64,000 nt of DNA, from contig CM000207.1 in the NCBI GenBank assembly GCA_000002445.1, forward strand, positions 1,984,001-2,048,000. Reading direction: 5' to 3'. The stretch is from Trypanosoma brucei (lineage: Eukaryota). Positions 21,660 through 31,883 of this stretch are shown here, piece after piece. The notes beneath the pieces are model-generated. The model made no database searches. It was not told where the DNA came from and saw only the letters and a program-made list of their open reading frames with translations. The stretch's first letter is position 1. Each line of letters starts with the position of its first letter. A program made the position numbers and the translations under genes.

Positions 21660-22805
21660 ATGAAGTTGGTCCGTCATATAGAAACCATAGAAAATCGTGG
21701 CTACCTCTTCGAATTTACAATTGATGTGAACTCACCTGATGAACCCGAACTCTCGCGGGCTCGGCGGTACTACGTGGTAGCCACAGATCCGTCGCCGTCA
21801 CGAGCCTTTTGTTACTTATCCATATATTTCCGTGATCCTTCGCTTTATTCCCCAAAGAGCCGCTGGTTTTCGCTGCACAACCGGGTCTTCGGTCCCATAG
21901 GGCACGACCGTTTTGTTGGGGAACTTCTCAAGGTGTCCCAAGCCGAGGCTGAGAGCTATAGTCTGTTCACGGATGAGCCAGCTGCGCGAGCAGCACTCGG
22001 TGTAATCTCCACCAACAGGGTGGACCCAACGGGAGGGAGGGCGGCGCGTGGTGGGGATGCGCATGGATCCCCCTTTGAAACGCCACGGGATGTGAAAACG
22101 GCAGCCGCAGTTCAAATTCTCTCAGAAAATGTAAAGGCACGTTTGGGGAAGGGCGTAGAGACCCTTTTAGGACCACCATACACAGTGTCAAAGGAAGCTA
22201 TGACTTCCACACGTGACGCTGACTTCCAGTCGCAAGGGAATCAGCTACGAGAGGCACGTCAGCTTCTACAACTTGAACGGAACCAACATGAGAAAGACGT
22301 GGAACATTTGATGAGTGAGATTAGCCAACTACACAAGCAATTGAAAAACGTCGGTTATGAAGGAAAGGCAAGGCAACAGGAACAGCAAACAACCGCCCTG
22401 AGAGACTCTCAGGAGCGTGAGCGACTTTTGCAGCTGACAATAGACGAAAATGTTTTGCTTAAACAACGTTACCACCATGCTTGCGTAGAGTTGGAGCACT
22501 GGCGTATGGAATGTCGCCGACTGAAGCACAAATGTGACCAAAAGGCGATGGCTTCAACGCAAGCAACTAAGTGTGTGAGCCAGGAAGAGTATAACGACCT
22601 GGAAAAGCGTCACCGACTCCTACATAAGGAGCTTCATGAGCTTTCAGAGGAAAAGATGGAATTAGAGAGTAGGTTGCGCAAAGCCGATGAGGAGGCGGCC
22701 CGAAGAAGTATGGAATTGAGGCTCGCCTTGCAGGCACTGCACTCACTGGGGAGGGGTCTAGACAACGTACAGCACAAATTGCCTCTCGTGTTGCGGAGTG
22801 AATAA
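21660..22805 (+). CDS. Hypothetical protein with a C-terminal coiled coil (381 aa).
   Basis: ATG start. C-terminal half is heptad-rich (LQLERNQHEKDVEHLMSEISQLHKQLK...). No family recognised. Confidence 0.5.
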   Translation: MKLVRHIETIENRGYLFEFTIDVNSPDEPELSRARRYYVVATDPSPSRAFCYLSIYFRDPSLYSPKSRWFSLHNRVFGPIGHDRFVGELLKVSQAEAESYSLFTDEPAARAALGVISTNRVDPTGGRAARGGDAHGSPFETPRDVKTAAAVQILSENVKARLGKGVETLLGPPYTVSKEAMTSTRDADFQSQGNQLREARQLLQLERNQHEKDVEHLMSEISQLHKQLKNVGYEGKARQQEQQTTALRDSQERERLLQLTIDENVLLKQRYHHACVELEHWRMECRRLKHKCDQKAMASTQATKCVSQEEYNDLEKRHRLLHKELHELSEEKMELESRLRKADEEAARRSMELRLALQALHSLGRGLDNVQHKLPLVLRSE

Positions 22806-23903
22806 CGCGTGTTAGGAGAGTTGTCGGAGTGGGCAAAAAGGGATTGTTATGCCGATGGGATTCGAGCTGGGAAGGGTGAGGAAAGACCCTACGGAAGGTG
22901 CAGTTGTGTTATGCAAAGTATTATTATTATATATATGGCTATCGGTGACAATAATTACCTACTTCGTTTTATCCAAATTGTGAGCAATGTATGAAAATGC
23001 GTAATTTTTAATCCACTTAGTGCTTCGTCGTCCAACTTGACTGCCATTTTATGTTCTCCCTCTTCCCTCCCCCTTTGTCCGCACACTTTTCCATGTGCAA
23101 ACATATGGAGCAAAGACAGTAGGCGAGAAAAGAAGTGCAATGGGGATGCTTAACAACTGATATGTGCACCAAACGGGCAGTCTAGCTACTACCACCATAC
23201 TCACACACTTATCCATAGAAATATCGTACTTTCTCAACGGGACCTCACGAACTGATTTCGTGATGTATATACCTTTGCTAAGTAATAATTTTAGCGGAGT
23301 GTATCTCCTTCCATGTTGCTGTGCAGCACTGGGGAATAACAATAAGTGAAGGTGTGAACTATATCCCATGCTGTTTAGGTAGTCAAATGGGGAAGAGCGG
23401 ATGGGGACTTTGCCTTCACTACTTCATATCTCCTGTTCCGTTATGGGAAAGGAGAGGAATTTTTTTTCCTTCCTCCCTCTTCCAAAGCGGACTTGTTGAT
23501 ATTTTTAATTTCGTTGCTGAGACGTCTGTCATTACACCATTTGTTCACTTCTTCCAGTTGTCTTTGTATTCGATGGAAGGATTTCTGTAAGAAGGTGGCC
23601 ATATTTATGCCGCTTGCTCATCATTCTCCAGGGTGCCACTACTGAACTCGGACGAGGAGCCCATTCCTTTTATTCAGGGATGTTATGCATGAAATATCCC
23701 CACGTCACCTGCTCTGTGAAACCATTTAGTGTGGTCTATTATTGTTGATATTGGCAGCCGGTGGGTCGCTGTTTTAAACGTCTCTTTTCTTTATCCACCA
23801 CCGAGCTCCACCTCTGAAACACGTTGTGAACTCCTTGTATTAGCACATATACAGAAAGGGAAGACAAGAATAAGAGAAAGAAAGAAAAGTAGAGCCCTCT
23901 CAA

Positions 23904-24821
23904 ATGGCGACCCGTGACCGTACGACAGAGTTTCTTCAATACCGCAGCGCCAAAACTCGCCAAACTGACTCGCAAGGTCTCTTACAAGAGGACAGAGGTG
24001 CTTCAACCTTTAGCACCTTCGTTGCACCTCTGTGGATGCAGAAGATGGATGAGGTTCGCGAGCTGCAGAGAAAGATTCGGAAGCATATGGAGTCGCTGGA
24101 AAAGCTGTGGCGAAACAATCTAAAGATTGAGTTTAGCTCGTCGCGAGACGAGGGACGTGAGGAAATGGATATTGAGCGTCTGCGAGTTTCTATTGATAAT
24201 CTCTTCAAGCAGAGTGAGAAAGTAGTTAATGAACTCGAAGTGGCCTACATGCGTGAGCTCCCTGACGAGGGAACTGATGCGGAGTTGAGTATACTTCGTA
24301 ATGTGAAGATGTGTCTTGTTAACGAACTCAGCAACATTGGTAAATTATACCGTGAGAGCGAGCGGCGATACGTTATGGATCTAAAAAAGCAGCAATCGGT
24401 CGCGAAGCGATGGGGAAACAGTGAACGACAGCGAGTCATCGAGCAGGAGCTTGAAACCGATGCTGTAATGAACCGTTGCCTCCAAAAGGGCATGTCTCAG
24501 GAGCAGGTAGAGGCGATGCTTCTCAATCAACAATTGGCGGATGAGCGTGTGAAGGAATTTGAACACATATATACATCAATAAAGTCCATGCACGAGATGT
24601 TCTCTGACATGAAAACGCTCGTTATTGAGCAAGGTGCCGTGCTCGACCGTATTGATTACAACATGTCGATCACTCACGAACGCGTGCAGAGTGGTAGAGC
24701 GGAGTTGGAAAAGGCAGCGGAATATCAGGAGGCCGGGTTGTTCAAAACATGTTTCTTGTTTTTAGTGGTAACTATCTTTGTGCTTTTGTTCATTCTTCTG
24801 TTTCAAAAGATGCTGTCTTAA
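23904..24821 (+). CDS. Qa-SNARE, syntaxin-5-like.
   Basis: N-terminal 'MATRDRTTEF' matches the syntaxin-5/Sed5 Sly1-binding N-peptide (DRTxEF). A SNARE motif (...AVLDRIDYNMSITHERVQSGRAELEKA) is followed by a C-terminal TM anchor (FLFLVVTIFVLLFILLF). Confidence 0.8.
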   Translation: MATRDRTTEFLQYRSAKTRQTDSQGLLQEDRGASTFSTFVAPLWMQKMDEVRELQRKIRKHMESLEKLWRNNLKIEFSSSRDEGREEMDIERLRVSIDNLFKQSEKVVNELEVAYMRELPDEGTDAELSILRNVKMCLVNELSNIGKLYRESERRYVMDLKKQQSVAKRWGNSERQRVIEQELETDAVMNRCLQKGMSQEQVEAMLLNQQLADERVKEFEHIYTSIKSMHEMFSDMKTLVIEQGAVLDRIDYNMSITHERVQSGRAELEKAAEYQEAGLFKTCFLFLVVTIFVLLFILLFQKMLS

Positions 24822-25501
24822 ACCTGAATCCATTACGCAACAACCCCCGGCGGCATTAACCCTGGGAAATGCAAACGGATCCCTCAAACTGTTGCTGAGA
24901 CATCTATGTCTATTGCTCATGAATAAAGGCGAAAAGCACAGAAAGGAAAGGGAATAATATCTTCACTTTTGTTCCTTGCTTCCTTTTCCCTGCCACATAA
25001 TCTTCTATAGTTTCGTTTTGGGTTCATGATTGTGCCTTGATGGAGTATGAGCAGTGCATCTGGCGGGAGACTTCCAGAATTTAGCACCACAAACACACCT
25101 ACGTATACGTACACCTTATTTATTCACGGCTCTTACTGTTGCATCAGACTGCGCGACCGAAAGCACCGTCAACATCTTGGTGTTATCTTGTTGCTATTCG
25201 TGCCCCTGTGGAGGGAGAGGGGATGGTTATACCTTCTGGTAATGCGATATGAAGAAAAGTTTTCCTAAGTGAATCGGTGGATTTTATTTCCAGAATTGCT
25301 ATCTCTGACCACCTCTTGACCCTATTCTCTTAAAATTAACCTTTATTTTTCCGGTGCTGCTTTCTTACCTTTAATTATTATTATTATTATTTTTGTGGGG
25401 TGACCAACAAGAGATAGTGTATCCTATCAACACAACATAATTTGTGGTATGAAGCGGGAAAGTAAGGAAACCTTGTCGCGAGATTTATTTTTTATTTTCA
25501 T

Positions 25502-26749
25502 ATGAACTTCGTTCCTCTTTATAGATCAATTTTGAAGGGGATTCATACCGCAAAACAACATCCATACCACCTGCAAGATATACGTTTCATCCTTTCGTAC
25601 CCGCTCGTGAAACCGGTGTATTATGCGACCAAACCGAACAGCGAGTTGAAGCAACTGGAGCCCCTGCAGGGAATTGACACCCCGCTCCTTGTCCGAACTT
25701 GTCTTGAGGACCTCCGCAGGGCTTTCATGTCTGTGCCTTCGAAAGACATGTCGGTGGCGCAGCAATTCGTATACATGCGTGAGTTGGGGTGGTTGAAGTG
25801 TAGATTGGAGAATATTGCTAGCGAGTCGACTGATGCAATTCTCAAAGAAGCACGCGTGGTTGCTTCCGAAGTGACGGATGATGACTTCCTAGACGACCAA
25901 ATCATTGTGCGACAGGGCCGCCCCAACAATAAAGAACTTCAGTGTGTACAGACAGGTAATAATGGGAGTGAAATGGGGGATTGTGGGTACGGAGTGGCAT
26001 CTGCGGGTGCAATTGGGCTGCGCTATGAGATGTTCATTCTTCAAAACGTCGCACCGTTACCACTTGTTAAGGAATTTCTTTCTTCCTTCTCCCAGAACAC
26101 AGAAGCCGCTGCTGCTGCTGCAACGTCTAACCAGAAATTGCAGGAATTTGCTAGGCGCTACGTACCGCGTACCGTAGTGTGTCAGAATGAGGACCTCACA
26201 CTGACAATCACCGTGAACGCATTTGATGCGGCATTAACCCGCAAATCAACGGAAGAAAACAACCCCTTCGCACGTGTGCATCGTTACTTCATGATTCGCT
26301 TTGACTTATCTCCAAGTGACCCCTTAGTTTTGGGTGTGGATGTTGTCAACTCGTACTTTCTTAGGTTGGACGCTGGGTCAGCTGAGCTTGTGGAGGACAT
26401 TGGGTACCTTCATGCTGCCGATGTCTGGAAATTGTCCCAGGAGTTGAGGGTGAAAGGCAGCGGGAGCAGCACCGATAGCGACGACACCAAAGACAATGGC
26501 TGCGTCGACGGCAGCGTAAGTAGTAAAGAGCACGCCGCTGAAGGAAATGTAAACTGCATGGACCACAATGAGCACGAACACAACCCTACATCGCATTTTG
26601 AGTTGAGTTTTATAAATCCGTCGGACGGACCTACAATCATGAAAGGGCAATTGTACTACACGCTGCGAACAAAATCTAGCGCCTCCGCCTCCAAAATGAA
26701 CGTGGGTGTCATTTCGTTCGGGCACATTCTTTTGTTTAACGACGAATAG
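25502..26749 (+). CDS. Hypothetical protein (415 aa).
   Basis: ATG-initiated ORF co-directional with the array. No family recognised. Ser/Asp-rich C-terminus. Confidence 0.5.
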   Translation: MNFVPLYRSILKGIHTAKQHPYHLQDIRFILSYPLVKPVYYATKPNSELKQLEPLQGIDTPLLVRTCLEDLRRAFMSVPSKDMSVAQQFVYMRELGWLKCRLENIASESTDAILKEARVVASEVTDDDFLDDQIIVRQGRPNNKELQCVQTGNNGSEMGDCGYGVASAGAIGLRYEMFILQNVAPLPLVKEFLSSFSQNTEAAAAAATSNQKLQEFARRYVPRTVVCQNEDLTLTITVNAFDAALTRKSTEENNPFARVHRYFMIRFDLSPSDPLVLGVDVVNSYFLRLDAGSAELVEDIGYLHAADVWKLSQELRVKGSGSSTDSDDTKDNGCVDGSVSSKEHAAEGNVNCMDHNEHEHNPTSHFELSFINPSDGPTIMKGQLYYTLRTKSSASASKMNVGVISFGHILLFNDE

Positions 26750-27472
26750 TTGAAATTTTATTTAAAGGGGGGGCCAAATAACTATGTTGTAACAAAAGCT
26801 AATTTGATATGCCCACAGTAAAGCAGTGGGTGCTGTATTAGTAATTTGGCAACCAGGTGACTTCGACCCTTTTTGTTTCGTTTGAAAGGGGAAATGTTCT
26901 CTCGCTCTCCCGATGTTTCAGGGGAGGGAATAGTGAGGGCAATGAAAATGTACACATTTGTATAACTGCATGCAGTGTTATACAACATGTCTCGCGGGTC
27001 TACTGTTCCCAATAATGCCTTGGTCCCAATCAACACCCCCGTAGGGGGGAGGAGGGAGGATATAAAGGGGAAAGGTTGTACTGTGAAGAGGCTGGTGTGA
27101 GCGAAAGGGAAGTTATAACATGCCCCCCCCCTTCTCGGGTAGTTCCCCCCTCATTGGTAATCTTCGCAATACTGCGGGGTATGCAATTCTCTCCTCCCCT
27201 CCCCACAACAGATTTAGAAGCGGTGGGGCACTGTGACTCGTTTCTGAATATTTAAATATTGGTTTGGGGGGAGAAAGGGGTGAAAATGGGTTGACTTACA
27301 CATTGTGATGCGTTCCTCCCGTGACCATGCGCTAACAAAATTGTGCATTACCACTTAGGTAAGGCACACCGAATAATCTTTGCGGTGGCACCCATTGGGT
27401 GCACATTGCATTGACAATAATGAGCAGAATTGAGCCGCTTCTTTTTCCAACCCTATACGTTGTTTAGCGTTT

Positions 27473-27483
27473 CCCCCCCCCCC
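27473..27483. repeat. C11 homopolymer tract in a G/C-run-rich intergenic region.
   Basis: cgtttcccccccccccctcttag. Nearby are C9 (27123-27131) and several G6-7 runs within the 26750-27570 spacer. Confidence 0.8.
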
Positions 27484-27572
27484 TCTTAGTTATATCCCAT
27501 TTTTCTAGCCTTTGGGCATTTCACTCTAACTTTCTTTTTGTTACTTTATTACGCTTTTTGCAAGCCAAACAC

Positions 27573-30500
27573 ATGAAGGATCCTGTAGTTAGCGGTTCAC
27601 CAGTTGTTGACGCGGCAGTGCTGCCATGCACTCAACTCCGCGCTAACCGTCGCATGCCCCTGTTGTGGCTTCCCATGTCTCTGTGTAAGCAGTTGTATTC
27701 GGAGCATGGAGAGGGCAATGCAACAACCATCGGACGTAATGGTGAGGACAACATGCATGGTAACATGAGCGGGGACAGTGTTGAGCAGGTGCTAGAGTGC
27801 CTCTCTGGTTTGGAGCGTGGTGTTCTCAATGCAGTATTGAGGCAGCCCTTCCTCCCCATCCACACACTTCGTGAGGCGTTCCCAGTTGGGAGGAATTACA
27901 ATTTTGACGACGATTTATTTGAGATCCTTGTGCGGGTGGCCAGCAATGTCGACTCCGTTACCGCCTCTGCCTCCGCGGAAGTGGAAGTTCATATGGGCAC
28001 GGCTGCTGTTGTCGTGGTGCTGAACTGTTACGAACATGAGCCAAACTTGGCCCTCAAGGCGGTGGGATACGTTTTCGAGAAATACTTTAAAAATTGTGCC
28101 TGCCGCTGCGTGGTGCTCGACCCACCAGCAGACATAGAATCAGGTGGTCTACGGGAAGTTCTCATCCCAGTCTCTACAGGAGCATCCATTAATGACGTGG
28201 CTAACCACGTCTTGAGAGAGGTTGCATTTGCCATGGTGCGGCGCGCAGACGCACGACTCGTTGAGCTGTCGTCGATGATCGCGTCAATAGTTGAGGCGAA
28301 ACCTGGACCAAGTGACCTGAGCAGCGTCTTGAGATTTAAGAGTAGTAGCAAGAGTGGGAAGGGAAGTGCCACCGCTGATGCTGCGCCGTCATACGGTTCG
28401 GGGACATCGCTGATGAAAAGAAAAGGGGATTTGCTGCTTATTTTAGGTTCGTTCAACGCTGCCCTCATGTCGTATGACGAAGCTCTAGGAGGAGCAGATG
28501 CGTTGTGGTGCGCGGCAACATTGGAGGCGATTGCCACACTACGATTCATGCAGAATGCACCGCTGCTTGCGTTGAGGGAAAGCGCTGAGTCCACATTTGT
28601 ATCGCTTGCATTTGACGGTTCAGTGTGGTCGAATGACATGAAAAAAACTATGGATGAGATAGATAAAGTGACATCAACCCTCCAAGTCTCCCAGCGGAAG
28701 GCACTTACTGCTTTAAAGCGTAACACTGCACTTTCAGTCTTGGGGAAAAGGTTAACGAAGGAAGTAGAAGACCCCCTTTCATCGCAGTGCGAAAGTCTTA
28801 GGCGTCGGATCAGATCACTTGACGAAACGATGTCCAACGAAAGAGTGGAGAAATACGGGAGGAGGGCTCTAGGGTGCCTGCGGCAGATTATTCACCTTAG
28901 TTTCCATGAACTACATCTTTACCTCAACGAGGCACTACAGCTTCTAAGAACTGTTGTAGGCGCAAGGACTCTTTTGCGGGAAAGGGAGTTGAACATACAC
29001 GTAAAGCGAGCAGAACTTCTGGCAGAGGAGGGCGACAAACAGTCTATGTTAGAGTGCTTCAGTTTAATAAAGGATCTGGCCGCCCAGAGCGGTGATGGGA
29101 CTTTGCAACAGCGAATTCGTACGCAAATACCCCGTATCTGTGCTCGTGCGGGTTGTTGTCGGAAAGCAATACATTATATCGCCGATGCAGCACTCACCCA
29201 GAGGCGGAAGGGGGCGAATGGATCCGCGATTTTGCTACTTTTGATGGCGTGTCGAGTAGCTGGCATTCCATTTCCCGAAAATGGTTTAGGTGACGACATT
29301 ACCGTCTTGACTTGCAGTCGACAGGGGCAAGATATTTTGAGCCCTGCCGTTGCCAACGGTGACGCAAAAAGTAGTAGCACAAAGAAGGAATGTGCGTCGT
29401 TGAGGTTGGGTACACGTCCCTGTGAGGCACAAGCTGTACCATTACTTACAGAACTACTCGACGCCATAACGGAGGAGGGATTTGACTCTGATGCCAAGTG
29501 TTCTGTAGCCTCCATGCTGCTATTTGATTACTACCCGTTTCTCAGTGACGACACGCAGGAGTCGCTGATGACACTCATTGCGAAAAAGAGTGCACATTAC
29601 CAGTCACTTCACTGCTCGACACCTCCTTTTCTGGACGATATGGAGGTACTCCCGTTACCTCCACATTTGGAACCGAAAACAATTTCACTAAGCGGGGCGC
29701 AATTCACCTTTATTGACACCGGACGACTTAAGATGACTGTACTCACTTTAAACGGGAAGATTATTCCTCAGGGACAGGTGGTGTGGTCTGTTGGTACTGT
29801 CGGTGAGGTGACAGTGGTATTGAAAAACCCTCTTCGTACACAAGTTGAACTCTCATCCGTCGCACTTAGCTGTTGCCCTGTCTCGTCGCTCAACGGTGAC
29901 GGTGGCACCACGAACTTGGAAGAGGAACACGGTCTGACCACCGATGCGCCGTCGACTTATGTGGTAACCAATGTCACGCTTCAGCCCATGTCGAAGCTTC
30001 AGTTGTGCCTGCAAGTGCTGCCAACTACACCGGGGTTTCTCTCTGTGAAGGGTGTGGAGATTAGGTTCAGCAACATGCCGTGGTGTGGAACTTTTATGAT
30101 GCCTGTGAGGAAGCCAGAGGTGATACCTGTGCTACAGGAACTACCGATGGTATCGTGCGCCCTTGGGGTGAATGAGGTAGAGATTTTTTGCGGGCAAACA
30201 GTTGAATTTACGTTACACGTGGTCAACACTGGTAGGGTGCCGGTGCACAAATTTCAAATAACGGTTCACGACGAATCCTGTCAATTAGACACGTGCGAAG
30301 GGTGCAAAGAGCGCTTAAGTGCCTCCTCCCTATACGTCACTATCGAACGCGATCCCTCCACTGAGCAACGTTCAGAATCCTCACTTGAAGTTGGTGGCGT
30401 CACAACTAGGCGCGTCACAATCGCTTCACCCCTGGGAAGTGACAATAAGGCGTTTCAGCACATTGTGTTCCGCACGTGTATGGAGTTGCCATATAATCAG

Positions 30501-31307
30501 CCTACCGCTCCCCCCGGCATTCCTAGTGCCGTTCCCGTCTTTGCTGTCATCCCGAGACGCGTTCAGGAAACATACCTTCGTGTCTTTGAGGCTCCAAGTT
30601 TAGCGGTAACATCTGTTTCCCTTTCACGTGACAGGAGGTATGTAGAGCTGTGTGTGCGGAATATGAACACGGTTCACACGATTGAGTTGCTGTGTAGTCA
30701 CTTGAGTTTTGCTAATATACCGGATGCACTGATTGTTGCAGGAGCTGAGTACCTTGTTCCACCCATTGAGATAATCAAGGTGCCACGCGGAACGAAGCAA
30801 ATTCCACTCCCATGGGTGGTTCGAGGACAGCCCAAGTGCGGTGGCACACTTTACGTGGACTTTTCAATTGCCTCAGCAGAAGCTGTATGCATGGAACCAC
30901 TGGAAGATGCCATCGTCACCATCAAAACACTCCCAAACGATCTTGGTGGACTTCGTAATCAACAGTTGGTAAACGTTACCGGAGGTGAGTTGGCTTCAAT
31001 CATATTACCTGTAATGAAACCTGTGCAACTACTTGTTTGTGTGAGCGCACCGTGGAAGCGTGTCGTTCCGCTGCGGGTTCGTCTTGCAATGGAGCAACAA
31101 GCGCTTGATATGAGCGTATTGAGCGGTGCCGTTGACGCGGTGCACACTGTAGGCGGTGGGGAAACCAACGATGCAACTCGGTTGTATCAGGAGGTAGTAG
31201 AGGTTTTTGCCTTTAAAATGGGAGAACACCCACTTTCCGTAACGCTATCCGACGCGGATGGGCGAGAGACAACACACACTGTAAGGTTGCAGTGGAAACA
31301 CATCTGA
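27573..31307 (+). CDS. Large hypothetical protein (about 1244 aa). It has an N-terminal helical-repeat region and C-terminal beta-rich repeats; a TRAPPC9/10-like architecture is possible but unverified.
   Basis: The called ORF starts on TTG at 27558; the first ATG is 27573. Long uninterrupted frame. Identity is a guess from composition only. Confidence 0.55.
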   Translation: MKDPVVSGSPVVDAAVLPCTQLRANRRMPLLWLPMSLCKQLYSEHGEGNATTIGRNGEDNMHGNMSGDSVEQVLECLSGLERGVLNAVLRQPFLPIHTLREAFPVGRNYNFDDDLFEILVRVASNVDSVTASASAEVEVHMGTAAVVVVLNCYEHEPNLALKAVGYVFEKYFKNCACRCVVLDPPADIESGGLREVLIPVSTGASINDVANHVLREVAFAMVRRADARLVELSSMIASIVEAKPGPSDLSSVLRFKSSSKSGKGSATADAAPSYGSGTSLMKRKGDLLLILGSFNAALMSYDEALGGADALWCAATLEAIATLRFMQNAPLLALRESAESTFVSLAFDGSVWSNDMKKTMDEIDKVTSTLQVSQRKALTALKRNTALSVLGKRLTKEVEDPLSSQCESLRRRIRSLDETMSNERVEKYGRRALGCLRQIIHLSFHELHLYLNEALQLLRTVVGARTLLRERELNIHVKRAELLAEEGDKQSMLECFSLIKDLAAQSGDGTLQQRIRTQIPRICARAGCCRKAIHYIADAALTQRRKGANGSAILLLLMACRVAGIPFPENGLGDDITVLTCSRQGQDILSPAVANGDAKSSSTKKECASLRLGTRPCEAQAVPLLTELLDAITEEGFDSDAKCSVASMLLFDYYPFLSDDTQESLMTLIAKKSAHYQSLHCSTPPFLDDMEVLPLPPHLEPKTISLSGAQFTFIDTGRLKMTVLTLNGKIIPQGQVVWSVGTVGEVTVVLKNPLRTQVELSSVALSCCPVSSLNGDGGTTNLEEEHGLTTDAPSTYVVTNVTLQPMSKLQLCLQVLPTTPGFLSVKGVEIRFSNMPWCGTFMMPVRKPEVIPVLQELPMVSCALGVNEVEIFCGQTVEFTLHVVNTGRVPVHKFQITVHDESCQLDTCEGCKERLSASSLYVTIERDPSTEQRSESSLEVGGVTTRRVTIASPLGSDNKAFQHIVFRTCMELPYNQPTAPPGIPSAVPVFAVIPRRVQETYLRVFEAPSLAVTSVSLSRDRRYVELCVRNMNTVHTIELLCSHLSFANIPDALIVAGAEYLVPPIEIIKVPRGTKQIPLPWVVRGQPKCGGTLYVDFSIASAEAVCMEPLEDAIVTIKTLPNDLGGLRNQQLVNVTGGELASIILPVMKPVQLLVCVSAPWKRVVPLRVRLAMEQQALDMSVLSGAVDAVHTVGGGETNDATRLYQEVVEVFAFKMGEHPLSVTLSDADGRETTHTVRLQWKHI

Positions 31308-31883
31308 GGGGATGTGAGTCGGTCGACTTCTCTAACGCGTCGGGTATTGTGCTCGGCAGTTTCCTCTTCTGAAGAGGGAGAATAAAGCAGAAGAGAAAGT
31401 AGTGCCACCTCGCACGTATTCACCTCGTCTGCTCATTTCCGTTTGCGTTGGCAATCGTTTTCTCACCTCTTTCAGAACAAGCTGACAATTGTAGCCAATC
31501 ATTCCTGGTATCTGATCGATTTACCCTCTTTATATTGGTGTCGTGCCGCTTGTTTGTTTTATCAAATCGGGTGTATTCATACATATTTATACGCTTGTGT
31601 GTTTTCCTTTTAATTTTACTTTTCGTTCATTTGCAGAATCTTTACATCCACTCATTATGCCCCCTATTTTTTGTCTTTTAGCCATCTCCACGTATATTTT
31701 AGCAGCAGCGGTAGCCAAAAGGGAAAGTAACCACAAAGGCAGTTAACAAAAGCAAAAGGGAAGTAGTGACAATAGTAGGAACGGAAGGAAAGATAAGGAA
31801 ATAAGTAGTGCAAAATTAGTGTTTTTAGGGCCTTAACTTGGTGTTGTACCTGCCAGGGTCCTAAGCTAATATAGGTTAGTTTT

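Noticed and set aside
28028-28837. Long antisense ORFs inside confident genes: 269 aa at 28028..28837, 246 aa at 43288..44028, 196 aa at 37300..37890, 164 aa at 13207..13701 and 135 aa at 12915..13322.
   Set aside because: They lie entirely within, and opposite to, long ATG-initiated genes with recognisable domains. The translations are low-complexity (Ser/Ala/Arg-rich), as expected for antisense frames of GC3-biased coding sequence.
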